Assembly: GCA_005191425.1 (NCBI GenBank)
Contig: SUPR01000036.1
Span: 1 to 30,978, forward strand
Direction: 5' to 3'
DNA length: 30,978 bases
DNA from: Candidatus Helarchaeota ASGARD archaeon Hel_GB_B
GTDB taxonomy: Archaea; Asgardarchaeota; Lokiarchaeia; Helarchaeales; HEL-GB-B
Part shown: piece after piece, positions 18,404-28,404 of the stretch
Numbering within the stretch: the first letter of the stretch is position 1
Layout of the letters: each line of letters opens with the position of its first letter
Notes under the pieces: model-generated
Seen by the model: only the letters and a program-made list of their open reading frames with translations
Databases searched by the model: none
What the model was told of the DNA's origin: nothing
Position numbers and translations under genes: made by a program

Positions 18404-21400
18404 TCATTTACTTATTTTAACGGCTTTACTGTCGTATATAGGGCCGATTATATTGAAAAACAGGTTGATGTGTCCTTCTTGGACAGATATTATGCCGCTA
18501 ACAGCTTTATCGTCTTCTTCGCCTGGTGCGATTAAGACTTCTTGTTTGTCTCTAAACGCGCCGTAGAAATTTTCTTTGATGTTAAATATGAGGATATTGT
18601 CTTTATCGAGTAATTTTATGACTTTTTCGGATTTTATTAAGGTATCGGAGAGGTTGGTATATAACCTAACGTCAATTGCGGGTTTAATTTTATTTAATTC
18701 ATCAAAAGGGATGTTATTTGGGTCGGGGATCAATAAGATTATGGAAGATGTTGTTCTAGAGATCATGTCCTTGATATGTTCAATAACGGCGCTGAGTGTC
18801 TTCAATTCCCAGGTGCCACTTTCTCTTAGCTTTTGTTTGTTTTGTAGTTCTTGCCAGACATAACGTAGCAACAGCTCGGAGTCGGATGTTTCTTTTTGGA
18901 GTTCGTTGATTTGGTCGATAAAAATTTTGGAAGTTTTGGACACCTGGTCAGATATCACTTTAAGAAATTCAGAGGTAATGGTCGTGAAAATACCTTGGGA
19001 CATGTCTTTTTTGTTTTGAAGTTCATTTTTTTGGTCTTCAATAAATTTTGAGATCTTTTTTTGGATATCAATTAATAAATTATTGATATTTTGCTTTTGG
19101 TCGTTGATCCTTATTTCAATGTTTTCCTTAGAATTATTTAGGAGGAGTTGATTTTGGTCGGCATGGTTTTTTATCGACTCATCGATGGCTTCTATTAAAT
19201 TAGAGTTCAAGTTTTGGTATTCTTCCGTAATCCACTGAACGGAATTTTTGACGGACTCGCTAAACAATTTTTGGATTTTTTCGATATTCTGGGCGTTTTT
19301 AGTCAATATATTTTCCATTTTAGACTGAGGGTCTTTAATACCTTCCTTTAACTTACTAGAAGAAGATTCAATGGAAGATTCAAAAGTATCTCGGACATCT
19401 TTCATTAATTTAATTCCAGACACGACATTCTCATTATAAAGGGAGATCGACTGGTTTTGGAGGGTTCGTATAAATTCCTTGATGTTGTTTCTGAGGGTAT
19501 TAAATGAGTCTGTGAATAACGAAGAGAGTTCTGTTGCACCTGTTTTTAAATTGGAGATATATTCAGAAAAATTGGCATTGGAAGTGTCTTTTAGCGACAA
19601 GAAAGAAGTGGCAGATTTGTTCTTTAACTCCACGAGAGTTCCAGTTAAATTTTTATTGATATTCATGAGGACGTTGTTGAATAATTTACCATGAGTATTG
19701 ATCCTTTTTTTGATGGTGCTTTCCATTTTATCGATCGTGCTAATAAATTCGGATTTAATTTTGCTTAATTTTTGGGTGAAATCGGTTAATTTGTCTTGAA
19801 AATCTTTTATAGTATTATCAGAATATGTATTTCCGATTATTTCAACTTCGTTAATTAAGGACTCATTTTTTTGGTTAAAAGAGATGTTGTATGATTTGAT
19901 TAACTCTTCAATTTTTTGAGAATATGTTTCGTTTAAATTTCTATTTTCATCAGATATTGAAATAATTGTACTTGTTATATTCGATATCATTTCGCTGACA
20001 TTTGACTTTATAAATTCCAGGCTTTTATTTAGGGTCTTATCAAAGTCAGTAAGTAGAGTGGACAACAGTTCTTCTGAATTTGTAATTTCTCTTGTTAATT
20101 CTACAGATATTGCAGACTTAATATTTTCAAGCAGTAAATTATAGTTAGACGTCTGTTCGGTAATATTTTTGTTCAAGTTGTCCTCAATTATTGTCGCAAT
20201 TTGGGATATGATATTGAATTGGTTTTGAAATTCTTCTTGAAGTTTAGTCTCGAACCTTTTGGTAGTGTCAATAATGGTTTGAATTCTTTTTTCATATAAT
20301 TTTTTAAAGTTTTCTTCTAAATTAGAGAGTTTTTCCCGGGAGGTGGAAGCCTGTAAGTCGATCTCCTTAAAAATTCTTTTGACCAGGTTTTCTATGCCGT
20401 CCTTAAATAGTGAGATTTGGTCATTGAGCATGTTTTGGCTATCTTGGAGGAAGGAAATAGATTCAGAGTTAAATGACCTGGTATCCTCCAAAATATGTTT
20501 TATTTCTCCATTGATGACTTCAGAAAATCTAGTTTGTGTTGGAACAATATTGGTATTTACCAATTCTATTTGTGATTTAATTACATCCTTAAGTTCATCA
20601 TTTAATTTTATGAGTTTCTCTTGGAATTGTTTTTGAGTTTCTTCTGTTCTGCTTAAAATTTCATTTTTTAGCTTGTTTAAACCGGCACGAGCATTTGTCA
20701 GTTTAGTTTTCATGACTTCAGAAAATTCATTTAGGAAATTTTTTGCGGAGGACTCATACAATTCTACGTTATCTTTAAGGTTATCATTAAGATTTAACTC
20801 GAATTCTTTTGAAATATTGGAAAATTTTTCGAGGTGTTGTCCTAACCCATCGATGATACTTTTATTTAATTCATCAGATAAATTAATAATTGAAGTGTTG
20901 ATAAAAGTAATATTTTTCTTGAAATCCTTTTTGATGGTTTCAATATTCTTATTTAATGAATTAAAATATTCGCCAAATAATTCATTAACGCCTTGTTCTA
21001 TTGTGTCCGAAAACTCTATAAATTTATTTTTTCCACCAGATAAAGATTCAACCACGTCCTTATCAAAGTTTGAAATCATGTCATTAATTACCTTTAAAAG
21101 ACCACCGATTAGCTCAATTTCTTTTGTGTGCAAATTATCGATTTCGGTCTCAATAGTATTATGGATAGTTTCCATTACCTCGAGAAAATTATCATTTAAG
21201 GAAGAAGTTAACTCAAGGTTTTGGTTTAGTGCGCGTTCGATATGATTTTTTAATAGATTTTGTGTCTCATAAAAAATTTTATCGGCAGGTTCATTAAATT
21301 CTTTAACGAAATTTCGTTCCAATTTCTCGAGTTCGATGGAAGAATCTCGAAACGTATTTAAAAAATTGATAATCTTTTGAGTAAAAGTCTGACGGAGGTT

Positions 21401-22144
21401 AATTACGTCATTGGAGAAATTATTTAGGACGTCAATAAAAATTGTGGTCGCACTCTCAATAGCCTTTTGTGTGTCATTTTTACTCATCTGAATAAATTCA
21501 TCGATATGCATGTTTAAATCATTTTCACCTTTTCTTGAAATATCCCGAACTTCGTTAGTTAAATTTGAGATCTTGTTAACAATTTCGCTCTTAATATCGG
21601 ATAATATTTTATCAAATTCTTGTATATATTTTTCTGCAAATGATTGGAGTTCTTTATTGATTACATTTAAATGTTTGGATATTTCAGCTTTTGTAATTTT
21701 AAAATTATCTTGAATATTTTTGTTAAGGAGTTCAGATTTACTTGTAATAGACTGAATGTAAGAGTCGAATTCACTTTTTACTGTATCAATCTTATTATTT
21801 GCGATATCCCCAATTTTCTGTTCTGTTTCTACCGCAATACTATTAATTTTATTTATAATTTTACTGATATTTTGTTCTAATTTATTTAATTTTTCTAAAT
21901 ACCCTTTATATGGAGGGAGTGCCTGGTAATTTTTAATTAACCCTGGGAGTTCGACAATTAAATTTTTCTTTTTCAACTTTTCGATACACAAAGTGAGGCT
22001 CAAATATTCGAGTTTAGAGTAAGAACTTATCTCGCCCATAGTCAATGGGCCATAATTTAAAATAGTTAGGTAAGTAATGACATCAAATTCATCTAGATTT
22101 AAAATGTCCATTAATACTTTGTTAATATGGGGTTTCTCCATCAA
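18404..22144 (-). CDS. Giant TrmB-like regulator: N-terminal HTH, about 1000-aa helical/coiled-coil insert, C-terminal TrmB-type effector domain
   Basis: LNLDEFDVITYLTILNYGPLTMGEIS...KLKKKNLIVELPG..KNYQALPP (TrmB HTH); C-terminal IEHIKDMISRTTSSIILLIP; the middle is amphipathic and Pro-poor. SD-like GAGGTGG upstream of TTG/ATG. Confidence 0.72.
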   Translation of the reverse strand: MMEKPHINKVLMDILNLDEFDVITYLTILNYGPLTMGEISSYSKLEYLSLTLCIEKLKKKNLIVELPGLIKNYQALPPYKGYLEKLNKLEQNISKIINKINSIAVETEQKIGDIANNKIDTVKSEFDSYIQSITSKSELLNKNIQDNFKITKAEISKHLNVINKELQSFAEKYIQEFDKILSDIKSEIVNKISNLTNEVRDISRKGENDLNMHIDEFIQMSKNDTQKAIESATTIFIDVLNNFSNDVINLRQTFTQKIINFLNTFRDSSIELEKLERNFVKEFNEPADKIFYETQNLLKNHIERALNQNLELTSSLNDNFLEVMETIHNTIETEIDNLHTKEIELIGGLLKVINDMISNFDKDVVESLSGGKNKFIEFSDTIEQGVNELFGEYFNSLNKNIETIKKDFKKNITFINTSIINLSDELNKSIIDGLGQHLEKFSNISKEFELNLNDNLKDNVELYESSAKNFLNEFSEVMKTKLTNARAGLNKLKNEILSRTEETQKQFQEKLIKLNDELKDVIKSQIELVNTNIVPTQTRFSEVINGEIKHILEDTRSFNSESISFLQDSQNMLNDQISLFKDGIENLVKRIFKEIDLQASTSREKLSNLEENFKKLYEKRIQTIIDTTKRFETKLQEEFQNQFNIISQIATIIEDNLNKNITEQTSNYNLLLENIKSAISVELTREITNSEELLSTLLTDFDKTLNKSLEFIKSNVSEMISNITSTIISISDENRNLNETYSQKIEELIKSYNISFNQKNESLINEVEIIGNTYSDNTIKDFQDKLTDFTQKLSKIKSEFISTIDKMESTIKKRINTHGKLFNNVLMNINKNLTGTLVELKNKSATSFLSLKDTSNANFSEYISNLKTGATELSSLFTDSFNTLRNNIKEFIRTLQNQSISLYNENVVSGIKLMKDVRDTFESSIESSSSKLKEGIKDPQSKMENILTKNAQNIEKIQKLFSESVKNSVQWITEEYQNLNSNLIEAIDESIKNHADQNQLLLNNSKENIEIRINDQKQNINNLLIDIQKKISKFIEDQKNELQNKKDMSQGIFTTITSEFLKVISDQVSKTSKIFIDQINELQKETSDSELLLRYVWQELQNKQKLRESGTWELKTLSAVIEHIKDMISRTTSSIILLIPDPNNIPFDELNKIKPAIDVRLYTNLSDTLIKSEKVIKLLDKDNILIFNIKENFYGAFRDKQEVLIAPGEEDDKAVSGIISVQEGHINLFFNIIGPIYDSKAVKISK

Positions 22145-22178
22145 TATCCACCTCTTTTAATGAATAATATTAAATTAA

Positions 22179-23033
22179 TTATTTAAAATTGTCATAAACT
22201 ATCTTGAAAATTTCTTTTATTGTTTTTACATTCAATTTTTCACTTTCCCAATTTATATTTTTTGGAGTTTTTAAGTTAATTTTTAATTTAAAGTCATCAA
22301 AAGTCGAATAAAAATTGACATATTCAACATATTTTTTCATTTCTTGCTTGAACTTTAATATTTTATCATCAGCAATTTCTAATTTTTTTGGAAAAGTGAA
22401 GATCAATTTCCATAGACCAAGCAATTCTTGTTCAATTTCAAATTTCAGTTTATATTTTTGAGCCAATAAATTTAAGACCATTTTTAATTCTTCTTCGGTT
22501 TCGACAAAACTGTTATGCCAATTGATTATTGCTATTTGTTTATCGAAATCCAGGAAGTAAAAAGTGCCATTTAACAGGAAAATGACCTTACCAAGACCAT
22601 TTCTCTCGTCTCTTACAATAAAAAAGTCATTTTTGCTTAGTTCAGACAGTTTGACAATTAATTTAGAATATAAACTGTCAGAATTTCTAAATTTGATTTT
22701 TTTCTCATTAATAACGACATTTATGAAATCATTTAAAAAAATTTTAACATCAACAGGTTCTATTAAATTTACTTTTCCATTCATGAACCTAATTACTGCT
22801 TGTAATTGTTGATTATAACAAAATTGAGGCAGGTCTTGGTATTGAACGCCGAGTTCAATTTGTATTTTAAGCAGCTTGCGGTCGCCACAGTGAGGCTGGA
22901 GTGCACAATCTATAGGAGTTGCATTGCAAATTTCGCATTTCTTCTTAATTAAGGATAAAATTTCGTTTTTTAACAGTGATTCTTTATACAACCCGGCTTT
23001 TACTAATTCGTCTAATTGATTTTGTAGACTCAT
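22179..23033 (-). CDS. Hypothetical protein with N-terminal Cys cluster (CxxC-x6-C-x5-C...C)
   Basis: 284-aa ORF, KKCEICNATPIDCALQPHCGDR...QFCY; SD-like GAGGT upstream; co-oriented between cdc6 and the TrmB-like gene. Confidence 0.7.
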   Translation of the reverse strand: MSLQNQLDELVKAGLYKESLLKNEILSLIKKKCEICNATPIDCALQPHCGDRKLLKIQIELGVQYQDLPQFCYNQQLQAVIRFMNGKVNLIEPVDVKIFLNDFINVVINEKKIKFRNSDSLYSKLIVKLSELSKNDFFIVRDERNGLGKVIFLLNGTFYFLDFDKQIAIINWHNSFVETEEELKMVLNLLAQKYKLKFEIEQELLGLWKLIFTFPKKLEIADDKILKFKQEMKKYVEYVNFYSTFDDFKLKINLKTPKNINWESEKLNVKTIKEIFKIVYDNFK

Positions 23034-23165
23034 TATTAGGTACCTCTGTTGAAATGTAAATTAGAAGTAAATTTTTAGAGAACTCTAATACAATTAAATT
23101 TTATTGACTAAAATTAAAAAATCTAACGAAAATCAATAAAATAAAATTATTAAAAAATGAAAAAA

Positions 23166-24467
23166 TTATGATAAAAGTATCTTGTCTAATCTTTCATTTC
23201 TAAGTTTAAAATTTAATAGAGGTGATAAAGTAGGGTCAGACCGTATCATATCTTCAATTATTTTTAGAGGTATGTCTAGTCTTATTTTCTTAGTCCTGCC
23301 ATGTCTACCTAGACTTACGACTTTTGCATTAATTATGCCCAACATATCTAGTTCATTAATCAGGTCGCCAACTCTTCTCTGGGTAAGTGGTTCGACTAGC
23401 CCCAACATTCTACAAACTTCAATATAGGTGGAATATACATCGCCAGTAATGTTTTCTTTTAAATTTTGTTTCTCAAGTAGATATATACTCCATAAAATTA
23501 GTTTAGACTGTAGGGGAAGAGTTTCAACAGATTCTTTAATTTTATCATGTTCGATATTCTGAATAGCTTCTTTTATGTGTTCATATGTAATTTTATTTGC
23601 GCATTTTCTTTCGGCTATTTCGCCGGCGACTCGTAATAAGTTAATAGCCCTTCTCGCATCGCCATGTTCTCTTGCAGCCAGCCCTGCTGCCAAGCTTATT
23701 GTACCGTCATCGATAACGCCGTCTATAAGGCCCATTTTTGCCCTTTCTTTTAATATATCTTCCAATTCAATTGAGTTATATGGGGGGAAGACGATTTCCT
23801 CTTCACCCAGACTACTTAGAATCCTACCGTCCAAGTAATTTTTAAAATTTAAATCGTTTGATATCCCGATTAAATGTATCTGAGTATTTTTAAGGGTAGA
23901 ATTAATACGCGTTAGTCCATATAATGCCTTATTGGGTCTTTTGTTATTTTTATCGTTTTTAATTAATTGGTCTATTTCGTCCAAGACAACAATCATTAGA
24001 CCTTTATCGAATTCATCTAATTTATTTACGAATTTCTCATAAACAATATCAGTTGGTAGCCCTGTAAATGGAATTTCAAGTCCAATTTTTTCACATAGAC
24101 GAGCAAATACCCTATAACTAGTGTCCACATGTCTGCAATTTATGAAACACTGTTTTATATTATTTATTTTATTCTCTTCACATTTCCTCATGATATGCTT
24201 TAAAACAAACATTGTTACAGCAGTTTTACCAGTACCGGTTTTTCCATAAAGGAATAAGTTGCTTATTGAGCGATTTCCATTTTGTAATATTGGTGCGAGG
24301 ACCTGTATCATTTTCTTGATTTGGTTATCACGGTGTGGTAAATTTTGAGGTATGTATGTTGAACACATTACATCCCGGTTCTTAAAAATCTTGCTGGGTT
24401 CTTTAATAATTTGTTCTAAATAATCATCTAAATCAAATATATCACTATTCTTATTTTGTCCCATCAA
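23166..24467 (-). CDS. cdc6: Orc1/Cdc6 replication initiation protein
   Basis: YIPQNLPHRD, Walker A YGKTGTGKT, Walker B VVLDEID, sensor-2 HGDARRAI, C-terminal wHTH with GRHGRT wing. Confidence 0.96.
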   Translation of the reverse strand: MMGQNKNSDIFDLDDYLEQIIKEPSKIFKNRDVMCSTYIPQNLPHRDNQIKKMIQVLAPILQNGNRSISNLFLYGKTGTGKTAVTMFVLKHIMRKCEENKINNIKQCFINCRHVDTSYRVFARLCEKIGLEIPFTGLPTDIVYEKFVNKLDEFDKGLMIVVLDEIDQLIKNDKNNKRPNKALYGLTRINSTLKNTQIHLIGISNDLNFKNYLDGRILSSLGEEEIVFPPYNSIELEDILKERAKMGLIDGVIDDGTISLAAGLAAREHGDARRAINLLRVAGEIAERKCANKITYEHIKEAIQNIEHDKIKESVETLPLQSKLILWSIYLLEKQNLKENITGDVYSTYIEVCRMLGLVEPLTQRRVGDLINELDMLGIINAKVVSLGRHGRTKKIRLDIPLKIIEDMIRSDPTLSPLLNFKLRNERLDKILLS

Positions 24468-24962
24468 CTTTTAAATACACCGACGAAAATATTAATTAAA
24501 AAATATTATTAATTTAATACAATATGAATAAATAATTTTGAGTAAATAATTGATTTATTGCTTAGATTAAGTTATTTTTAAAGTTTTTTATTTTAAAAAG
24601 CTTTATATTTTATTTAAAAATATTTATTTCTTTAATATTCTATATCAGTATCAATATTATATCTATATAATTATACAATTGACCATAATTAAAAATTTCC
24701 TAATTCTGTCGATTTGGACAGAAATTTTAATTTGTTAAAAATAAATATTTTCATCTCGCTCATTTTTACTTTTTCAAATTATTTAGACATTTGAAACACA
24801 ATTCCCAAAAAATCATAAATATTTATTCAAAGAATTAGAAAAAAGGGGTTCAATTTAAGAATTTTATAATACCTTAATATAATTGGTTTTTAAAAATAAT
24901 GAGAAAAATTAGAAATCTTATATATATTAAAAATTATTGCTTATGGGAACCACTATCATGGT

Positions 24963-25850
24963 TTAACTAGAATCTTCATTATTGTCCGGCTCACTTTTAG
25001 TGTCAAGATCCTCAGATGAATCATTTTGTGTATTATCTTTAGAATCGCTAATATCTTCGAATGGAGGAGTTACAAATTCTGCGACATAATAATTAATGCC
25101 GCGCTGCGATTTTTCTTCAATTATATTCAAGTTAGCATAGTCATTTTTGAAACACATCATTCTGAACCGCCGACCATCCAGTTTATTTTCAATCATAATT
25201 GAATGTGCGATATTGATTATTTGCTGGACAAATTCAGTCCCTTTATTTATTTCGTCTATATTGTTTTCTATAAAACCTTGGATGTTATCGTTTGCGAATT
25301 GCAGCCATTTTTTTTGGAATAAGTAGTTAATCAAGGTTGGTGCAATACAGGATACTAACACAACCGGGATCATAATGTACCATTCAATACCACTTACAAG
25401 TAGTCCAGTCCATGAGAGAGCGATAACTGCACCCATTGCTGCTATTGAACCAATATAGATGGGTAAATTATATTTTCGAGTTAATTCATTTATTGATTTA
25501 GTATATCCGCCTTCTGCAGCAAACTTTTTGGCATTAGACAGAATATTTGTTGTTATTTCATCTATTTTGAATTGTTCATGAGCTTGTTTAAATTCGTCAT
25601 TATTTTCTAAAAGAGGATTAATGACTTCAATATTATATTGATTAAGAGCCTTTGCTTGAAATATCATATCAAAAGGTCTATTAATAATATAATCATAAAA
25701 ACCAATTGCAGTTAACATGTATTGCAGAAATATAGTTGGAGGAGAATCAGGAGTCAATACTATTTTTCTCTTTTTATTTGCTCTTTTTTTATCTTTAGTT
25801 TTTTTCTCATCTTTTAAATTTTCTTCATTATTTTCTTCGGATTTTGTCAT
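24963..25850 (-). CDS. Hypothetical membrane protein (2 central TM, charged termini)
   Basis: Hydrophobic segments LPIYIGSIAAMGAVIALSWTGLL and WYIMIPVVLVSCIAPTLINYLF; Lys/Glu-rich N-terminus and acidic C-terminal tail. Confidence 0.72.
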   Translation of the reverse strand: MTKSEENNEENLKDEKKTKDKKRANKKRKIVLTPDSPPTIFLQYMLTAIGFYDYIINRPFDMIFQAKALNQYNIEVINPLLENNDEFKQAHEQFKIDEITTNILSNAKKFAAEGGYTKSINELTRKYNLPIYIGSIAAMGAVIALSWTGLLVSGIEWYIMIPVVLVSCIAPTLINYLFQKKWLQFANDNIQGFIENNIDEINKGTEFVQQIINIAHSIMIENKLDGRRFRMMCFKNDYANLNIIEEKSQRGINYYVAEFVTPPFEDISDSKDNTQNDSSEDLDTKSEPDNNEDSS

Positions 25851-25996
25851 TTTTTACACATTAATAATTTATTTCTTAAAATTTTAAACTAATTCATTTT
25901 TAATACATTCGGTTCTTTAAATTTTGTTATTTATTTTGGATGGATAAAAAGAAGAAAAACTAAGACTTTTTATTTACAAATAGATACTATAATATA

Positions 25997-27046
25997 ATGG
26001 TTATAAAAATTATAATGACAGAAGTACATGGAGAAATACTCAATTCCACAAATTCTTTAAAGTTACAAAATGTTATAAAAAGTTCCAATTTCTCAATACA
26101 TTTTTTAAAAGGGAAAATAGATGCCAAAGTCCTAAGAAATTATCATGTTTTAATTATTGGTGGTCCTACAGTACCATTAGACCTCTCAGAAATTTTAGCA
26201 GCTGAGAAATTTGTAAACCAAGGGGGGTTTCTAGTTTTATTGTCAGTGGCGGGAGGTGATTTAAGCAACAATAATTTATCAGAGTTGAGCAGGAGATTTG
26301 AATTTGAATTTAACCCAGATTATGTAGAGGATTATAAGCATAATATCAATAATAACCCGCGACTACCTATTATTCGTTATATTAAGAAAGGTTTCTCAAT
26401 AACAAAAAGTGTTAACAAGATAGTATTTACTGGTTGCTCAATATCAGTCTTAGATGACAGCGTAAAGGGCTTTTTATATACGGATAAAGATGCATTACCA
26501 TATATGGCTACTTTAGGAGTAGTTTCTCTAGAAAAAAACATTATTGGACTTTCAAGTTCATCTATTTTCAATGATACGCTTCTTGATAAATTTGATAATA
26601 AAAGATTATTACAAAATATTCTTAATTATATAGAATCGATTTTTAAAAAAATTGAAAAGGAATTACGAGTAAAACACAAAAATTTAACCCCATTGAGGGC
26701 ATCTAAAATTATAGAACACCTAATAATATTAAATTCTAAAAAACTTGAAGAAATAGATAAATTAATAGACAAGATGTGGAGTAGAATTATTGATCAAATA
26801 CCAAGATTGGAAAATAAAATAATATTAGAGAATTTAGAGAAAAGTTATAAATTAATTCTTCAAAAAATTGATTTGCTGGACTTCGAAGTGGGGCAAAAGA
26901 ATTCTGAATTTAATTTTCTTGGTGAAAAATATCAAGAATCAGTACAACAAGCAATGAATAGGTGGTATGAAACAGAAGCTGAAAAAAGAGAGAAATTAGA
27001 TATGATCAAGAACAACTTACTTACAAGAATTAATAATTCTAATTAA
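25997..27046 (+). CDS. GIFT/DUF4350-type (IFT52/GldG-like) domain protein + helical C-terminal domain, paralogue 1
   Basis: YHVLIIGGPTVPLDLSEILAAEKFVNQGGFLVLL...NNLSELSRRFEFEFNPD and SSIFNDTLLDKFDNKRLLQNILNYI match the GIFT pattern; no signal peptide. Confidence 0.72.
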   Translation: MVIKIIMTEVHGEILNSTNSLKLQNVIKSSNFSIHFLKGKIDAKVLRNYHVLIIGGPTVPLDLSEILAAEKFVNQGGFLVLLSVAGGDLSNNNLSELSRRFEFEFNPDYVEDYKHNINNNPRLPIIRYIKKGFSITKSVNKIVFTGCSISVLDDSVKGFLYTDKDALPYMATLGVVSLEKNIIGLSSSSIFNDTLLDKFDNKRLLQNILNYIESIFKKIEKELRVKHKNLTPLRASKIIEHLIILNSKKLEEIDKLIDKMWSRIIDQIPRLENKIILENLEKSYKLILQKIDLLDFEVGQKNSEFNFLGEKYQESVQQAMNRWYETEAEKREKLDMIKNNLLTRINNSN

Positions 27047-27163
27047 ATATAAAAATATCACTAGTATAAAAAGGAATAAATAGTGAAGTCCTACATTTTA
27101 TTATATTAATATTAAATTTACCAAATTCTTATTTAATATAATTGCCTAAAATGATTTGAAAAA

Positions 27164-28261
27164 ATGAACTACAGAATAGTTTTTGATGAAACCCATCATG
27201 AGATTTTCTCGAACAAAAACTGTAAAAAACTTTCAAATTTATTAAAAAAGCATTCGTTTATATCATTTCGACTTTTAATTGGTCCAATTAAACCAGATAA
27301 TTTAACTGAAGAAGAATATTTATTTATAGGTGCCCCAAAGGATTCATTTTCTCATGAAGAAGTCGAAACAATTATTAATTTTGTGAGGAACGGAGGTTTT
27401 ATAATAATTGTTTGTAATTCTATGAGAAATAATTCGTTCAATATTAATTCTCTCGCAAAACATTTTGGCATCAGGTTTGATTTCAATCATGTAAAGGACT
27501 CAAAAAACCACTGGAAAAGTGCAGAATATTTTCCTTTAATTACTAACTTCAATAAGAGCCACTTAACAAAAAATGTGAATAAATTATATTATTCAGGAGC
27601 GACTTTAACATTAAACAGAAATGATTGTTATCCGATTGCATTTACTTCTAAAGATGCTGAGCCACCAAATAGTCCTATAATTGCAATATCAAGTAAAGGG
27701 CATTGTATTGCAATTGGTGGTTCTACAATGTTTTATGATGATGAATATGGTATTTCTGCAGGTAATAATTCTGTATTTGTTTCTAATCTTTTTAAATATC
27801 TAATTTGGGCTAAAAAGTATCCTGATAAGGTCATTGAGTACAGACAGATATCGCCGCGTCCAGATTTTTCAACCCGTAAAATACCATTGAAAAAAGCATC
27901 AGAGATTTTAAATAAAAAGATTAAAGAAATATACAACGATTATAATAAAATATTCGATAAAATAGATAAATTAATGGACAATATCATTAATATAATACAA
28001 ACTGAGAGAAATAAGGATACAGAAGCAAAATTAAAAAGCAATTATAAGGAGATACAAGATCAAATTCAATCATGGCAGATATATTTGTTTGAAGTGATTG
28101 AAAAACTGGAAAATGACGTAAATAGGCCCTTAGAATTTGTAAAAATAAAAAATGAAAAATTGAATGAATTTTATGTTAAGGAAAGTGAAGTAATAGAACA
28201 TTTGGATAGAATTTATGGGCGGTTAAGTTATTATATTAAACATCCAGAAGCAATTCCATAG
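27164..28261 (+). CDS. GIFT/DUF4350-type (IFT52/GldG-like) domain protein + helical C-terminal domain, paralogue 2
   Basis: RIVFDETHHE, LFIGAPKDSFSHEEVETIINFVRNGG, NINSLAKHFGIRF, YYSGATL, PPNSPIIA, GGSTMFYDDEY...NN; no signal peptide. Confidence 0.78.
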   Translation: MNYRIVFDETHHEIFSNKNCKKLSNLLKKHSFISFRLLIGPIKPDNLTEEEYLFIGAPKDSFSHEEVETIINFVRNGGFIIIVCNSMRNNSFNINSLAKHFGIRFDFNHVKDSKNHWKSAEYFPLITNFNKSHLTKNVNKLYYSGATLTLNRNDCYPIAFTSKDAEPPNSPIIAISSKGHCIAIGGSTMFYDDEYGISAGNNSVFVSNLFKYLIWAKKYPDKVIEYRQISPRPDFSTRKIPLKKASEILNKKIKEIYNDYNKIFDKIDKLMDNIINIIQTERNKDTEAKLKSNYKEIQDQIQSWQIYLFEVIEKLENDVNRPLEFVKIKNEKLNEFYVKESEVIEHLDRIYGRLSYYIKHPEAIP

Positions 28262-28404
28262 TTATTTCTTAAAATTTTCTAAATTATAAATTTATAAATA
28301 TTTTACAATTTAAAAAAGATTTTTTAATGACCTTTTAGGTAAATTTATTAAAATTAAAATTTTATATTTTAACTTCAAACAACAATTTATTAGGCGTATT
28401 AGGA

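Noticed and set aside
18576-21880. Several plus-strand ORFs (up to 190 aa) opposite the TrmB-like giant
   Set aside because: Antisense shadows of Glu/Lys/Asn-rich coding sequence (Ser/Phe/Leu-rich); no independent support.
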